In this document: in pieces, positions 1-9,708 of the stretch
Layout of the letters: each line of letters starts with the position of its first letter
How positions within the stretch are numbered: the first letter of the stretch is position 1
NCBI GenBank assembly: GCA_963803145.1
Contig: CAWDLW010000012.1
Coordinates: 32,001 to 96,000, forward strand
Direction of reading: 5' to 3'
DNA length: 64,000 nt
Source: Methanotrichaceae archaeon
GTDB lineage: Archaea > Halobacteriota > Methanosarcinia > Methanotrichales > Methanotrichaceae
Made by a program: the position numbers and the translations under genes
The notes under the pieces: generated by a model
Seen by the model: the letters and a program-made list of their open reading frames with translations, nothing else
Told to the model about the DNA's origin: nothing
Database searches by the model: none

Positions 1-981
1 TCTGGACTTTGTTTTCCTTACTCCTAATTGGGGTGCACCTTTAATACTCTCTTTTTGGTTTGGTTCAAGGGATCTTTGTGGTTTCCTTGAAGACGCAATA
101 GCGAATCCTAGATCATCGACATTTATATGGCTGATTCTATCAGTTATTCTTAACGCTGACTCGAATTTAGTATCATAGCCTCTACTTATTACAATTCCAA
201 TAACTGGAACGTCTCCTGCAATTCTATTTTGAACCCATCCCATGTAGTTAGATATCTGTCCAAATGTGTTTTGGCCAGCTCGGACAATTTTCAATTCAAT
301 TACTACATATCTTTTCTTTGTTCTATCGTAGCAAAGCAAGTCAATGCGGCCACCGTTGCCTTTGCAAATGAGCTGTCTGCCAGATTGTTTTGATGCTGGA
401 TCGATGTATATTTCTAAATTGTGACCAAAATCTTTTAAATTTTTTAAATTAGTAGCCAATAACTCTTCAAGCTGTTCCTCTATTAATATATCTCTTGAAA
501 ATGGTTCCTTCTGGATTTGCTCGATAAAATCTTGGTATCCTGGGTTTTTATCTGCTGCTAGTTTATTCAGCTTATCCCAATAATTTTTAGATATTTCAAA
601 GCTACTGCGCTGAAAACTACATCTAAGTGGGCCCCACTCATCAAAATATGGATCGTTGCGTAGGTCCTTTACATTGAGAGGATGCCCAAATTTATACAAC
701 ATCTGGTGATCACAGCCGTATTCCCATCCATGCTCGTTGTCATCAGCGATAGAATACGCATCACTTTCTGCTTGAATCAAATAGCCAATATCTTTTTTGG
801 GCGTAGTACGCCATAAGAGTACTAAGTCACCCTTCTTAGTATCTTTGTGACAGGTCCACCAGCCATCTGAATCTACACCGCTATCTGGATCAAGGTCTTC
901 TCTGTCATTACCATCTTCATCTAAATAAACATCAGGGCGTGTTACCCATAACCAGTAATGGCGCTCACCAGGTTCTATCAT
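1..981 (-). CDS. EVE-domain + NucS-like PD-(D/E)xK endonuclease fusion (3' end runs off window start)
   Basis: Absent from the ORF track; translated by hand from ATG at 981, open to position 1 (327 codons). N-terminus is EVE-like (HYWLWVTRP...WWTCHKDTKKGDLVLLWRT...HPLNVKDLRNDPYF...FEISKNYWDKL). C-terminus has NucS-type motifs (EEQLEELL...GRQ...GRIDLL...YVVIELK...GQISNYMGWV). Confidence 0.8.
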   Translation of the reverse strand, partial: MIEPGERHYWLWVTRPDVYLDEDGNDREDLDPDSGVDSDGWWTCHKDTKKGDLVLLWRTTPKKDIGYLIQAESDAYSIADDNEHGWEYGCDHQMLYKFGHPLNVKDLRNDPYFDEWGPLRCSFQRSSFEISKNYWDKLNKLAADKNPGYQDFIEQIQKEPFSRDILIEEQLEELLATNLKNLKDFGHNLEIYIDPASKQSGRQLICKGNGGRIDLLCYDRTKKRYVVIELKIVRAGQNTFGQISNYMGWVQNRIAGDVPVIGIVISRGYDTKFESALRITDRISHINVDDLGFAIASSRKPQRSLEPNQKESIKGAPQLGVRKTKSR

Positions 982-1197
982 ATCTTACACCCGATTTTGC
1001 AATTGAAGCAATATCATTTCCTACATTTTAACGCTTCTGTCTTTAGCCCCCAAGACTATACCTGTAGGTCAAAAGGCGGAAGTCTTGATTATACTCTTCT
1101 GTAATTACCAGTAATAGAACATAAGATCTAATACGCAAAAGACAAAGTAAGGTCAAGGAAAACTATCTAATAATGTAACCCATTGATTCTTCACCAT

Positions 1198-1655
1198 ATG
1201 AATTGGAGACAAGAGATTCGAGAATGGGTGGGAAATCCAGCAATATTATTTTGCATATGTCTAATAATCGGTCCTTTATATGTCCTCGCATCAGTTTATA
1301 GTGTCGATCCTTATGCAGAGTTTAATATTAGTCTCCTTAGGATTATTGCAGGCGCAGGTGGGGGGTGGACTTCTAACGATTACAGTAATCAATGCCGGAT
1401 CAAGAAGACGGTCCAGACGCGCCTATAGGGCAATTATCGGCCGCTTATGTAATTTATCGATAAATATTTATGCTAATTTTAAGTATGGGAAGATTACATT
1501 TAGCGGTGACGATAAAACTATATTTAATTTAGCAAGGGGCGGTTCTGGAAATATTGACGTCAGTAATGATATTGAAAATGTAGCATCTCAATTACATAGT
1601 CAGGCAAGCCGTATGAGTGACGAAGAATATCATAACGTACCATATAAACAAAAAA
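1198..1655 (+). pseudogene. Small membrane protein gene, frameshifted at a G6 run and cut by a MITE
   Basis: ORFs 1183..1428 and 1280..1723 join into one hydrophobic reading (LLRIIAGAGGGGLLTITVINAG) if one G is removed from G6 at 1360-1365; the frame then runs into the hairpin element at 1656. Confidence 0.45.
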
Positions 1656-1894
1656 TCAAGAACCCCACCCTAAAGGGTGGGGTATGCTGCGGGCCGCACG
1701 CCGATCGGTTTTCGGGAATCTAGAAATCGTCTAATTTTCGTTGTCTGGATCTCTTGATCCGAATAATCAGATCTTTACTTTCGGTTTCCAAGGATTCCTT
1801 GGTGATCAATCTGAAAAAACATGAAAACCGGGCGAGGGTTCACTTCATCCCCAACCTAAAGGTCGGGGTATTCGTGACCCTCTGCACTCCCAAT
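1656..1894 (-). mobile_element. Non-autonomous IS200/IS605-family element (MITE), about 240 bp
   Basis: Two subterminal hairpins with TAAA loops: ACCCCACCC-TAAA-GGGTGGGGT (1662-1683) and CCCCAACC-TAAA-GGTCGGGG (1849-1868, inside an outer stem GAGGGTTCAC/GTGACCCTC). No TIR and no transposase. One end is homologous to 61811-61890 and 62894-62990. Confidence 0.7.
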
Positions 1895-2026
1895 GTAATA
1901 ATTTCGGGACACTACACTCGCACCAGTGAACTAATATATAACAAGCATCAATAGTCTCTGTCTAAAATAGTGCGGCCAAAAGTTACCAGTAAAGCTACTG
2001 GACTTGTCGTTATTGAGGAAGCATAA

Positions 2027-2827
2027 ATGAAGATAGTGCTAATAGTAAGTATTGTCCTGTTAAACATTGTACTACTGAATCCAGCAGTAATTGGCATGCC
2101 TAACCCCTCTTCTGTCTATTGTAGTGAATGTGGAGGTGTAGACAAGTTGGTAACGGACCCAAGTGGCGGAGAGGTGGGTATATGCGTGTTTCCTAATGGC
2201 TCATTTTGCGAAGAATGGGGTTTATACTCCCATAATTGTAGTGCAGGCATGACACCTGCGCCTATTAATTATTCGGCCACGCTGAACCATTTTTCTAAGT
2301 TCTATGACCTGGATTTTATTACCGATAATCAAACAGTAAATAAATCCATTAAAGCTCTCGAAGATACTGATGAAGGGGTTCGATGGAGAGCAGCTTATAT
2401 CCTTGGGTTCCTGGAAGATAAAAGAGCAATTGAACCGCTTATTAGAGCCCTCAAGGATGATAAATGGAGTGTCCGAGAAAGAGCTGCCTGGGGACTTGGA
2501 GAGATTAACGATAGCCGTTCGGTTGAACCTTTAATTCAAGCATTGAATGATAGCGAGCTTCGCGTAAGATATTACGCAATATGGGCTTTAGGAAGATCAA
2601 AAAATACATCAGCAATATATCCACTTATAAATGCAATGGGTGATGATTATTCCATAAAGGATATGGCTGTTAATGCTTTAGCAAGCTTTGGTACTTCCGC
2701 AGTTGAACCCTTGTTGGGAGCCTTAAATAATAGCAATGCCGATATACGGGCAAGTGCTGCGCACGCCTTAGAAGAGATAAAAAGCTCCAAGGTTAGTCGA
2801 ACAGCGGATTCGAACTCTCAGTACTGA
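2027..2827 (+). CDS. Secreted DUF333 + HEAT/PBS-lyase repeat protein
   Basis: Signal peptide, then DUF333 motif (MPNPSSVYC..CGG...GEVGICVFPNGSFCEEW) and HEAT repeats (VRWRAAYILG, VRERAAWGLGEI). A further HEAT repeat (SLGELGDSRAIEP) continues out of frame to about 2909. Confidence 0.8.
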   Translation: MKIVLIVSIVLLNIVLLNPAVIGMPNPSSVYCSECGGVDKLVTDPSGGEVGICVFPNGSFCEEWGLYSHNCSAGMTPAPINYSATLNHFSKFYDLDFITDNQTVNKSIKALEDTDEGVRWRAAYILGFLEDKRAIEPLIRALKDDKWSVRERAAWGLGEINDSRSVEPLIQALNDSELRVRYYAIWALGRSKNTSAIYPLINAMGDDYSIKDMAVNALASFGTSAVEPLLGALNNSNADIRASAAHALEEIKSSKVSRTADSNSQY

Positions 2828-3298
2828 GGATAATTCATATGCATGGAATATTCAGATGGAAGCTACCATGTCTTTAGGGGAACTTGGAGATTCAAGAGCA
2901 ATCGAGCCGAAAGATGCTTGAGTTCCGGCTTGGTCCCGTACTGTTGTGTATACTTTTTGGCAAATTTTCTGGTTCTTTAAGATAGATGGTACGCTCCGAG
3001 AAGGTCAGATTCACATAGTCCTTAGAATAATCAGCCTAACAAACGATGTAAGTGTCTCGTCCCTGCACATAAACCAATAAAGCTTGAAATTTCTGATTAT
3101 AATGGAAATCAGAAATTGTACACCCAGTATTGAAACTCGGAGGTAGTACGCACTTCGATATCCAAAAAGGGGATAGCATTTAGCCCGACTTAACACCTAC
3201 TTCAGAATCATGGCATTTTTGGCAAATAATTATCGTTTGTTTATAATTACGGATGAATGTCCTTTTATGAGACGACGGTTCATCTTATTCCCTTCAAA

Positions 3299-3412
3299 CT
3301 TACAGCCCGCGCTTCCAGAACCTTCCCCCAGCGAGGGGTAAGGGGCAGCCCGCGCGGCGACTGAGCGCGCTAGGAAAACCATTAGTTTTAGCCCCAGAAG
3401 GAAGTGTAGGCT
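3299..3412 (+). repeat. Dispersed GC-rich REP-like repeat, copy A
   Basis: Core AGGGGCAGCCCGCGCGGCG..GAGCGCGC shared with 4268, 8830 and 16902. The tail ACCATTAGT.TTAGCCCCAGAAGGAAGTGTAGGCT is shared with copy B and the 5' part with copy C. Confidence 0.85.
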
Positions 3413-3614
3413 CTTGAAGTAGAAGCAGTCTCAAATCAAATATTGTTTATAAAGCCGTTTCGATATTCAGAAATCGTTCTTCTTTATGCCTTCAGTTCAG
3501 CATTATCTCGGATTCAGACCAGCCGTTAGCCAGAAGGACAAGTGTAAACTTAACTTTGCTACTGATAGACCTAATTGCTCAGAATCCGTTTCCTCTGAAG
3601 GGTCCATGAACTGT

Positions 3615-3836
3615 TTAAGCAGAAAACCACTCCTCACGAGAGATGCCAGCAACTTTGAGAATCTCTTTGATAAGCTTCACATCTACATCCTCGCCTTGAT
3701 GAGGATTCGGCAGGACGATAACGATGTCTCCTTTAGCCATGTAAGGATGTTTGCGGCCCTGATGCGGGCCCTCAAGTCCCAAACTCTTTAGCTTCTTGAT
3801 TAAGACTCGATATGGAACGGGGACTATTCTAGACAA
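3615..3836 (-). CDS. hicA: HicA-family toxin
   Basis: 73 aa; LIKKLKSLG...GRKHPYM...LPNPH...KLIKEILKVAGISREEW; overlaps the upstream antitoxin. Confidence 0.9.
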   Translation of the reverse strand: MSRIVPVPYRVLIKKLKSLGLEGPHQGRKHPYMAKGDIVIVLPNPHQGEDVDVKLIKEILKVAGISREEWFSA

Positions 3837-4080
3837 CGGCCATCGGCTCCTGAGAGACGCCTATCGTGTAACCATCTATAGCTGGTATATTCAGGCCTCT
3901 CTGAAGTCTTATGGTGATCCACTCTTCAATAACCTCAATGAGATCCTCCCGGCACTCTTCGATGGTTTTGCCTGTGGCTATCACGCCCGAAAGGCCTTCT
4001 ACGGTTGCCATAAAAGAGCTGTTCTCAAGAGCGTCATACTTGGCCCGCCTTAAAGCTGCAGCAATATATTCGGCGAACAT
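3829..4080 (-). CDS. hicB: HicB-family antitoxin (short form, no DNA-binding domain)
   Basis: 83 aa; GVIATGKTIEECREDLIEVIEEWI...GLNIP motif. Confidence 0.9.
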   Translation of the reverse strand: MFAEYIAAALRRAKYDALENSSFMATVEGLSGVIATGKTIEECREDLIEVIEEWITIRLQRGLNIPAIDGYTIGVSQEPMAVV

Positions 4081-4141
4081 GAGGGATATTATTCGCAGGC
4101 TGTATTTACAAAGCTTTGCTTTCTGAGCAGTTCGTGACAGA

Positions 4142-4264
4142 TATGAAGAGCCCGAGTACGACGTGAGCGAGCTTGAGCCTCTGGCGACATCGCCCTACCG
4201 AGTGGATAACGTACATCCTGTTTCTGATTTCGGAGGGCACAGAGATCGACCAGGTTTTCATGGG
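4142..4264 (+). pseudogene. Isolated internal fragment of isopropylmalate dehydratase/homoaconitase large subunit
   Basis: Translates as YEEPEYDVSELEPLATSPYRVDNVHPVSDF / EGTEIDQVFMG (one frameshift), matching the LeuC/HacA segment just before the GSCTN motif. Confidence 0.75.
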
Positions 4265-4267
4265 AGA

Positions 4268-4529
4268 GAGGGTTAGGGGCAGCCCGCGCGGGCGTTGGAG
4301 TGCGCTAGTATAACCATTAGTATTAGCCCCAGAAGGAAGTGTAGGCTTTAAATTATATTAGCTGGTCCAAATGTGAAGTTGGCGGCTTTGGCAGACTCTT
4401 GAACTTCGCCTTTTGGCAGTGGGATCGAGTATAACGGCGGGATCGGTATAAATATGAACATATCGTTTGCCGTCTGGAATCCACTCATGAATGCACGATT
4501 GATCTTTGGAGGAACCGAGGATTACTGCT
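4268..4529 (+). repeat. Long degenerate direct repeat, copy B
   Basis: REP-like core (4268-4347) plus a block at about 4400-4529 (GTATAACGGCGGGATCG..TATAAATATGAA.ATATCGTTT.CCGTCTGGAA.TCCACTCATGAA.GCACGAT...GATTACTGCT) repeated at about 8911-9040. Confidence 0.85.
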
Positions 4530-4886
4530 TTGCAGGTTATACGCATTATTGGAGATAGGATGTGTCAAATTAAAGGTTTTTCAGCCAAGGCTGAACAAGA
4601 GGTAATTGCGTTGCTCTCAATTTTCTCTGAACATTCATTATTCGCTCTGAACTTACGCGCTTTAGCCGCGTTTAAAGAGAGAGTGAATAATTCTATTTTA
4701 TCTATTCTCCTCATAATCGCTTCCATATACTTAATAGATATTTATGATTAATTCGTGTTAATATATGTGCACTATGTATACATAAGGTTCCAAGATTCGG
4801 TGCCTGAAATTCGAATTAGTTCTCTGCAGATCTGAAAAGGGTGTCTTATCAAAAAAATTCAAAAATAGTTTTCGATTCTCTAACCC

Positions 4887-7800
4887 TCATTTCAGCCCTT
4901 TGAAATGAATCTCACATTTAGTTCCATTGATTGTATCGAGTCTCATCTTGCCATCAATTTGCTTGACAAGGGTATCTATCAATCTGAACCCTAAAGTCTT
5001 CGAATCTTTGATATTCAGATCTTCCTTGATCCCTGCCCCATTATCACTTACAACGAGCGTAAAGTTATCATCCTCAGAACTAAGATCTATGCAGACCTCA
5101 CCGTTCCTGCCATCCGGAAAGGCATGCTTAAATGAGTTGGAGACCAGCTCATTTATTATCATGCCACAGGGAATAGCTATGTTTATATTCAAATAAACAT
5201 TTTCTGAATTTACTTTAAAGTTGATCTTGCCTGCAAGGTTACCATAAGATTGAGATAAATGGGAGGCCAGCTGCCCTAGATATTCATTGAAGTCAACCTT
5301 GCCGAAATCTTTTGATCTATACAAGTTCTCGTGGACTAAAGCCATGGATTTGATACGGTTCTGGCTATCCCTGAAGATTTTTATGAGGTCCTCATCATCG
5401 AGGCATGATGATTGCAAGGAAAGAAGGGCGGAGATAATCTGCAGGTTATTCTTGACACGATGGTGAACCTCTCTGAGGAGGACTTCCTTCTCTTTTAGAG
5501 ATGCTATGATCTTGTCTTCAGCTTGCTTTCTATCTGTTATGTCCCTAGTTATGCCTACCAAGAACTGATTCCCTGCATGATCGGTATAAGGTGTCTTCTT
5601 GACGAGGACTGTTAGGGTCTTATCTGCGTAGGTGTTTGTCTCCTCGTTTGTAACCTCAATGCCCTTATTGAAAACCACCTCGTCCGTCTTCCAAGAGATC
5701 TCGACCATCTCTCTCGAGGGAAAGAGATCGCTAGCGGTCTTGCCCAGGAGATCCCCTCGAGGGCGACCAAAAAGCCTGCATGCAGCATCATTTACCAGGG
5801 TCATTCTATGCTGTCTATCCTCGACAAATAACGGGTCGCCAATGGAGTTGATTATTTTGTTCAAATAGTCCTTCGATTCTTGCAGATCTTTCTCCATCCT
5901 CTTTTGTTCAGTGATGTCCTTGATGGACTCGATAGCCCCAACTATCTTTCCCTGGATGTCATATATTGGGGAAGCTACACCCCAAAGATAGGCACCAACC
6001 CCTTTCAATTTGGGCGTGAATATATGTCCAACAATGGTGCCATCAGACCGCTTCAAGTCAAAATACCTTTTTTCGATCTCGGACTCGGGTTCGAGCACCA
6101 GGTCTACAAGTATAGGCCTTCTCTCGCCATAGAATGGCAGAGCATACTCATAGTCCTCTTTGCCGAGGATGTCCTGGGCCTTGATCCCAGTCAGCTCTTC
6201 CATGACACGATTCCAAGCAATTACCGTCTTATTGTTATCTATGACTAATGTTGCATCTGGGAGAAACTCAATAATGGCAGCCAGTTTGCTCTCTGAATCT
6301 CGTAGCGCATCCTCAGCTTTCTTGCGTTCAGTGATGTCTTCTCCGGAACTGAGGGTGCCAATAATGCAGCCTTCTTCGTCTTTGATAATCGTTGTATGCC
6401 ACGCTATAGAACGCTCTTCGCCATTTTTGTTGAGAATGTAACCTTCATAGTACTCAAATTGCTCGATTTCGCCGGCGATGATTTTCCTGTTAACCTCGTG
6501 AACTGCCTCATGGTCTTGGGGTCGCAGGCAAGTCTTGATCCAGTCCCTGCCTGTAAGCTCGCCCTCTTCGTACCCAAGAACCAGATAGCCTTTCCGGTTG
6601 AGCAGCGTTATTCGTGCCTCGGCGTCAAGTGCGACAAGGATGACTTCGACGGTATTCAGGTATTGCTCTGCCCTGTCCTTCTCTGCCTCGAGAGCTTCCT
6701 CAGCTCGCTTGCGTTCGGTGAAATCTGTGAAAGTACCTTCTATTTCCAACACTCTCCCCATCTCGTCTTTTACTAGATGGGAATTTGCAAGAACGACTAT
6801 CTTTTCATTGCTGAATGTCTTCGCATTTATCAGGTAGTTGCTGATGAATCCCTTGGACATCAACTCGTTCAGATATTTAATTCTCTCATCAGGATTCTGC
6901 CAGAAGTCCGGTAACTTTGCTCCTTTCATATCCTTGGAGATATCAATGCTTAAGATCTGGTTGAATGCCGGATTGTGGTCAAGTAACAGCCCATCTGGGG
7001 TGACTCTGTAATATCCTTCATCCAGGTGTGCTACAGTTTCACGGAACTTGCTCTCGCTTTCCTGTAATGCCACTTTTGCACGCCTGCTCTCGGTGATATC
7101 TCGCCCATAGATGTTAACGTAATCCAACTCTGGGATTGGAACTATGTCTAACGAAAAGAGTCTGCCGCCAGATACAACTTCGATTTTGTTGAGCTTTCCA
7201 GAACCGAGTGACTCCAGGACGAGATTTTTAAAATCTTCCGGCAATCTTTGACCCACTTGACAGCCCCATAACTCCAGCAGCGGAGCACTGCAGCAATTTG
7301 AATAGGCGATGGTGCCGTCTGCTGTTATTCTCAAAACTGGATTGGGGTTTTCGTCTGGAAATCTTGCCAGGCTTTCTATCTCTTTCATGGCCTGCTTGCG
7401 TTCGGAAATGTCTCGCCATATGGCCAGGATAGCCTTTTTGCCTTCATACTCGATCAGATGAGCGTGAACCTCTGCGGGCAGGAGCCTTCCATCCTTCGTC
7501 TTGTTAACAGATTCAAAAATGCCAAACCCTTTATGTAAAATTTCATCAATTCTACATTTTACCTTAAGAGCGCTCTCCGGACAATCGATGTCTTCAGGAG
7601 TCAATCCGAGCAGTTCATCCTTTGAATATCCGAGGCGCATGACAGTTTGATCATTGACTTCCAGAAAATGACCTTCAAAATCATGTATCACAATGGCATC
7701 TGCTGCGCTGTTGAACAGTGTTCGGTACCTCTCTTCGCTCTTCTGCAACGCCTCCTTTGCCTTCTTGCGCTCAGTGATATCGATAACCGCCATCTTAAAG

Positions 7801-8429
7801 CCCCGGCAGATATCCCCTCGCATTGGCTGAGCCTCTAATAACACCCAACGATGGACTTCCCTGTTCTTTATGGTGTAATTCAGCTCGAACTCGGCTGCAT
7901 GCCTTTTGCCCGACTCCAAAACACGGCTGCAAAAGGAATTGAACTCCAGGATACAGTTCTTGTCTAAGTATGCCTGGAATCGGTTGTTCACCAGGTGCAC
8001 TCTTTCCGTTCCCAGGAGAGATTCGCTGGTAAGATTTGCCTCTAGGATCTTACCGGAACCATCCAGGGTCAAATAGCCGATAGGTGCAAACTCATAGAGA
8101 TCCTGATACTTACTCTTGGATACCGAAAGTTCTGCCTGCACCCGCCGAAGCTCCTCATTCTGCATCTCCAGCTCTATCTGGTGGACCTGCAGCGAATGCA
8201 TCATGGTCAGGGCATCAGTGCTCCCCTCCGCAGACTCAATGTATTCTTCGTTTTTGCGCTTGAGCATCTTCTCTGCAACCAATAGATTCTCAAGGCTGTA
8301 GTGCAGACTCTCCAGGGCATCCGATAGAATTTCGGGCGCTTTTGCTGGCTCACTTATAAATTCTGCCTGGATGCTCTCTAAACGATGAGAGAGCACGGAA
8401 ATCCTTTGGGAAAGGTCATCAGCAGTCAT
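4887..8429 (-). CDS. Multi-PAS sensor histidine kinase (HisKA_2 type)
   Basis: About 7 PAS/PAC modules ending in DITERK; EVHHRVKNNLQ H-box; NELVSNSFKHAF and DNGAG ATPase motifs. Confidence 0.95.
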   Translation of the reverse strand: MTADDLSQRISVLSHRLESIQAEFISEPAKAPEILSDALESLHYSLENLLVAEKMLKRKNEEYIESAEGSTDALTMMHSLQVHQIELEMQNEELRRVQAELSVSKSKYQDLYEFAPIGYLTLDGSGKILEANLTSESLLGTERVHLVNNRFQAYLDKNCILEFNSFCSRVLESGKRHAAEFELNYTIKNREVHRWVLLEAQPMRGDICRGFKMAVIDITERKKAKEALQKSEERYRTLFNSAADAIVIHDFEGHFLEVNDQTVMRLGYSKDELLGLTPEDIDCPESALKVKCRIDEILHKGFGIFESVNKTKDGRLLPAEVHAHLIEYEGKKAILAIWRDISERKQAMKEIESLARFPDENPNPVLRITADGTIAYSNCCSAPLLELWGCQVGQRLPEDFKNLVLESLGSGKLNKIEVVSGGRLFSLDIVPIPELDYVNIYGRDITESRRAKVALQESESKFRETVAHLDEGYYRVTPDGLLLDHNPAFNQILSIDISKDMKGAKLPDFWQNPDERIKYLNELMSKGFISNYLINAKTFSNEKIVVLANSHLVKDEMGRVLEIEGTFTDFTERKRAEEALEAEKDRAEQYLNTVEVILVALDAEARITLLNRKGYLVLGYEEGELTGRDWIKTCLRPQDHEAVHEVNRKIIAGEIEQFEYYEGYILNKNGEERSIAWHTTIIKDEEGCIIGTLSSGEDITERKKAEDALRDSESKLAAIIEFLPDATLVIDNNKTVIAWNRVMEELTGIKAQDILGKEDYEYALPFYGERRPILVDLVLEPESEIEKRYFDLKRSDGTIVGHIFTPKLKGVGAYLWGVASPIYDIQGKIVGAIESIKDITEQKRMEKDLQESKDYLNKIINSIGDPLFVEDRQHRMTLVNDAACRLFGRPRGDLLGKTASDLFPSREMVEISWKTDEVVFNKGIEVTNEETNTYADKTLTVLVKKTPYTDHAGNQFLVGITRDITDRKQAEDKIIASLKEKEVLLREVHHRVKNNLQIISALLSLQSSCLDDEDLIKIFRDSQNRIKSMALVHENLYRSKDFGKVDFNEYLGQLASHLSQSYGNLAGKINFKVNSENVYLNINIAIPCGMIINELVSNSFKHAFPDGRNGEVCIDLSSEDDNFTLVVSDNGAGIKEDLNIKDSKTLGFRLIDTLVKQIDGKMRLDTINGTKCEIHFKGLK

Positions 8430-8795
8430 TTTAACCCCGACCCCAACAGCTATAGATATTCACATTCCGTTTTGCTCAAATAGCTTTTTTCGGTCTATCG
8501 GGAAATATAAATCAAGCATATTCTCCAGACCTGTTGCAACATCTCCAAACGTAATCCTCATCCATCGATCCTTCTGAGGTATTTAGATCATCCATTATGA
8601 ACGCCTCTAAAATATTTTACTGACTTATAATTCGAATATAAGAAGATTCTCCTCTGCATTCTAAGCTCGATTAGCTGGAAGTGCGATATTTGTCGTTATA
8701 TTTAACTGTGTAAATATGATTATTATCAATTTATCCTTTCGGCTGATAATTCTTTCATATTCGAGGTAAGGGAATCGTCTATCTCGCGAGGGAAC

Positions 8796-9040
8796 CTTAT
8801 AGTCTGCGCTTCCAAAACCTTCCCCCGATGAGGGTTAGGGGCAGCCTGCGCGGGCGTTGGAGCGCGCCAGGAAAGCCATCTTGGAAAAATTGACGCCTCT
8901 AGCCAACTATCGAACTTCATTTTTGGCGGCAGGATCAGGTATAACGGCGGGATCGAGTATAAATATGAATATATCGTTTCCCGTCTGGAAATCCACTCAT
9001 GAAGGCACGATAGACTTTGGAGGTATCGAAGATTACTGCT
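8796..9040 (+). repeat. Long degenerate direct repeat, copy C
   Basis: Aligns with copy A (8796-8879) and copy B (8830-9040); overlaps the 5' end of the PHP gene. Confidence 0.85.
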
Positions 9041-9706
9041 AAGCGCCCAGGTAGATTTGACCTTCACGTCCATTCGAACTGCTCTGACGGCCATGATGAT
9101 GTCAAGACAATACTAAAACAAGCCGTCAAATGCGGATTGAATGGAATTGCAATAACAGATCACGACACTATGCAGGGCTCGATCGCTGCCCGTAAGATTA
9201 TCAAAGATCTGAAGCTTGATATTGTCCTGATTCCAGGCGCTGAGGTCACAACGGCTGAAGGCCACCTGCTAGTCCTGGGTGTTAGCGATCTGCCTCGAAA
9301 GGGGATGAGCCCCGAGGAGACCGTCGATATAGCTCACGATTTTGGCGGAATAGCAGTAGTTCCGCATCCATATCACCCCTTCAGACATGCCATTGGCCGT
9401 ATACCGAAGTGCGATGCAGTAGAGGTTTACAACTCCAAGCATCTCTTCGGAATAGCCAATGCTCGGGCATCTATCGGTGCAAGAAAACAAGGGTTACCGA
9501 TGGTTGCAGGGAGCGATTCGCACTTTGCAAAGACCGTGGGCCTTGGGGTCACGGAAATCGATGCGGAAGACGCAGATGATGCGATCCGGGCGATTCGCAG
9601 AGGTTACACGCGGATAATTGGCAGGAGGACACCGCCAAGATATTTTATAGGAAATACATTCAGATCCATATACTTGGAGATTCGAAAAGGCATAAGAAGC
9701 ATCTAG
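9017..9706 (+). CDS. PHP-family metal-dependent phosphoesterase
   Basis: DLHVHS..SDG, AITDHD, GAEVT...GHLL, VPHP, GSDSH motifs; start uncertain (TTG). Confidence 0.9.
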   Translation: MEVSKITAKRPGRFDLHVHSNCSDGHDDVKTILKQAVKCGLNGIAITDHDTMQGSIAARKIIKDLKLDIVLIPGAEVTTAEGHLLVLGVSDLPRKGMSPEETVDIAHDFGGIAVVPHPYHPFRHAIGRIPKCDAVEVYNSKHLFGIANARASIGARKQGLPMVAGSDSHFAKTVGLGVTEIDAEDADDAIRAIRRGYTRIIGRRTPPRYFIGNTFRSIYLEIRKGIRSI

Positions 9707-9708
9707 AT

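Noticed and set aside
1754-1954. 66-aa ORF, and the C-terminus of ORF 1280..1723
   Set aside because: Both are read-through of the hairpin MITE.
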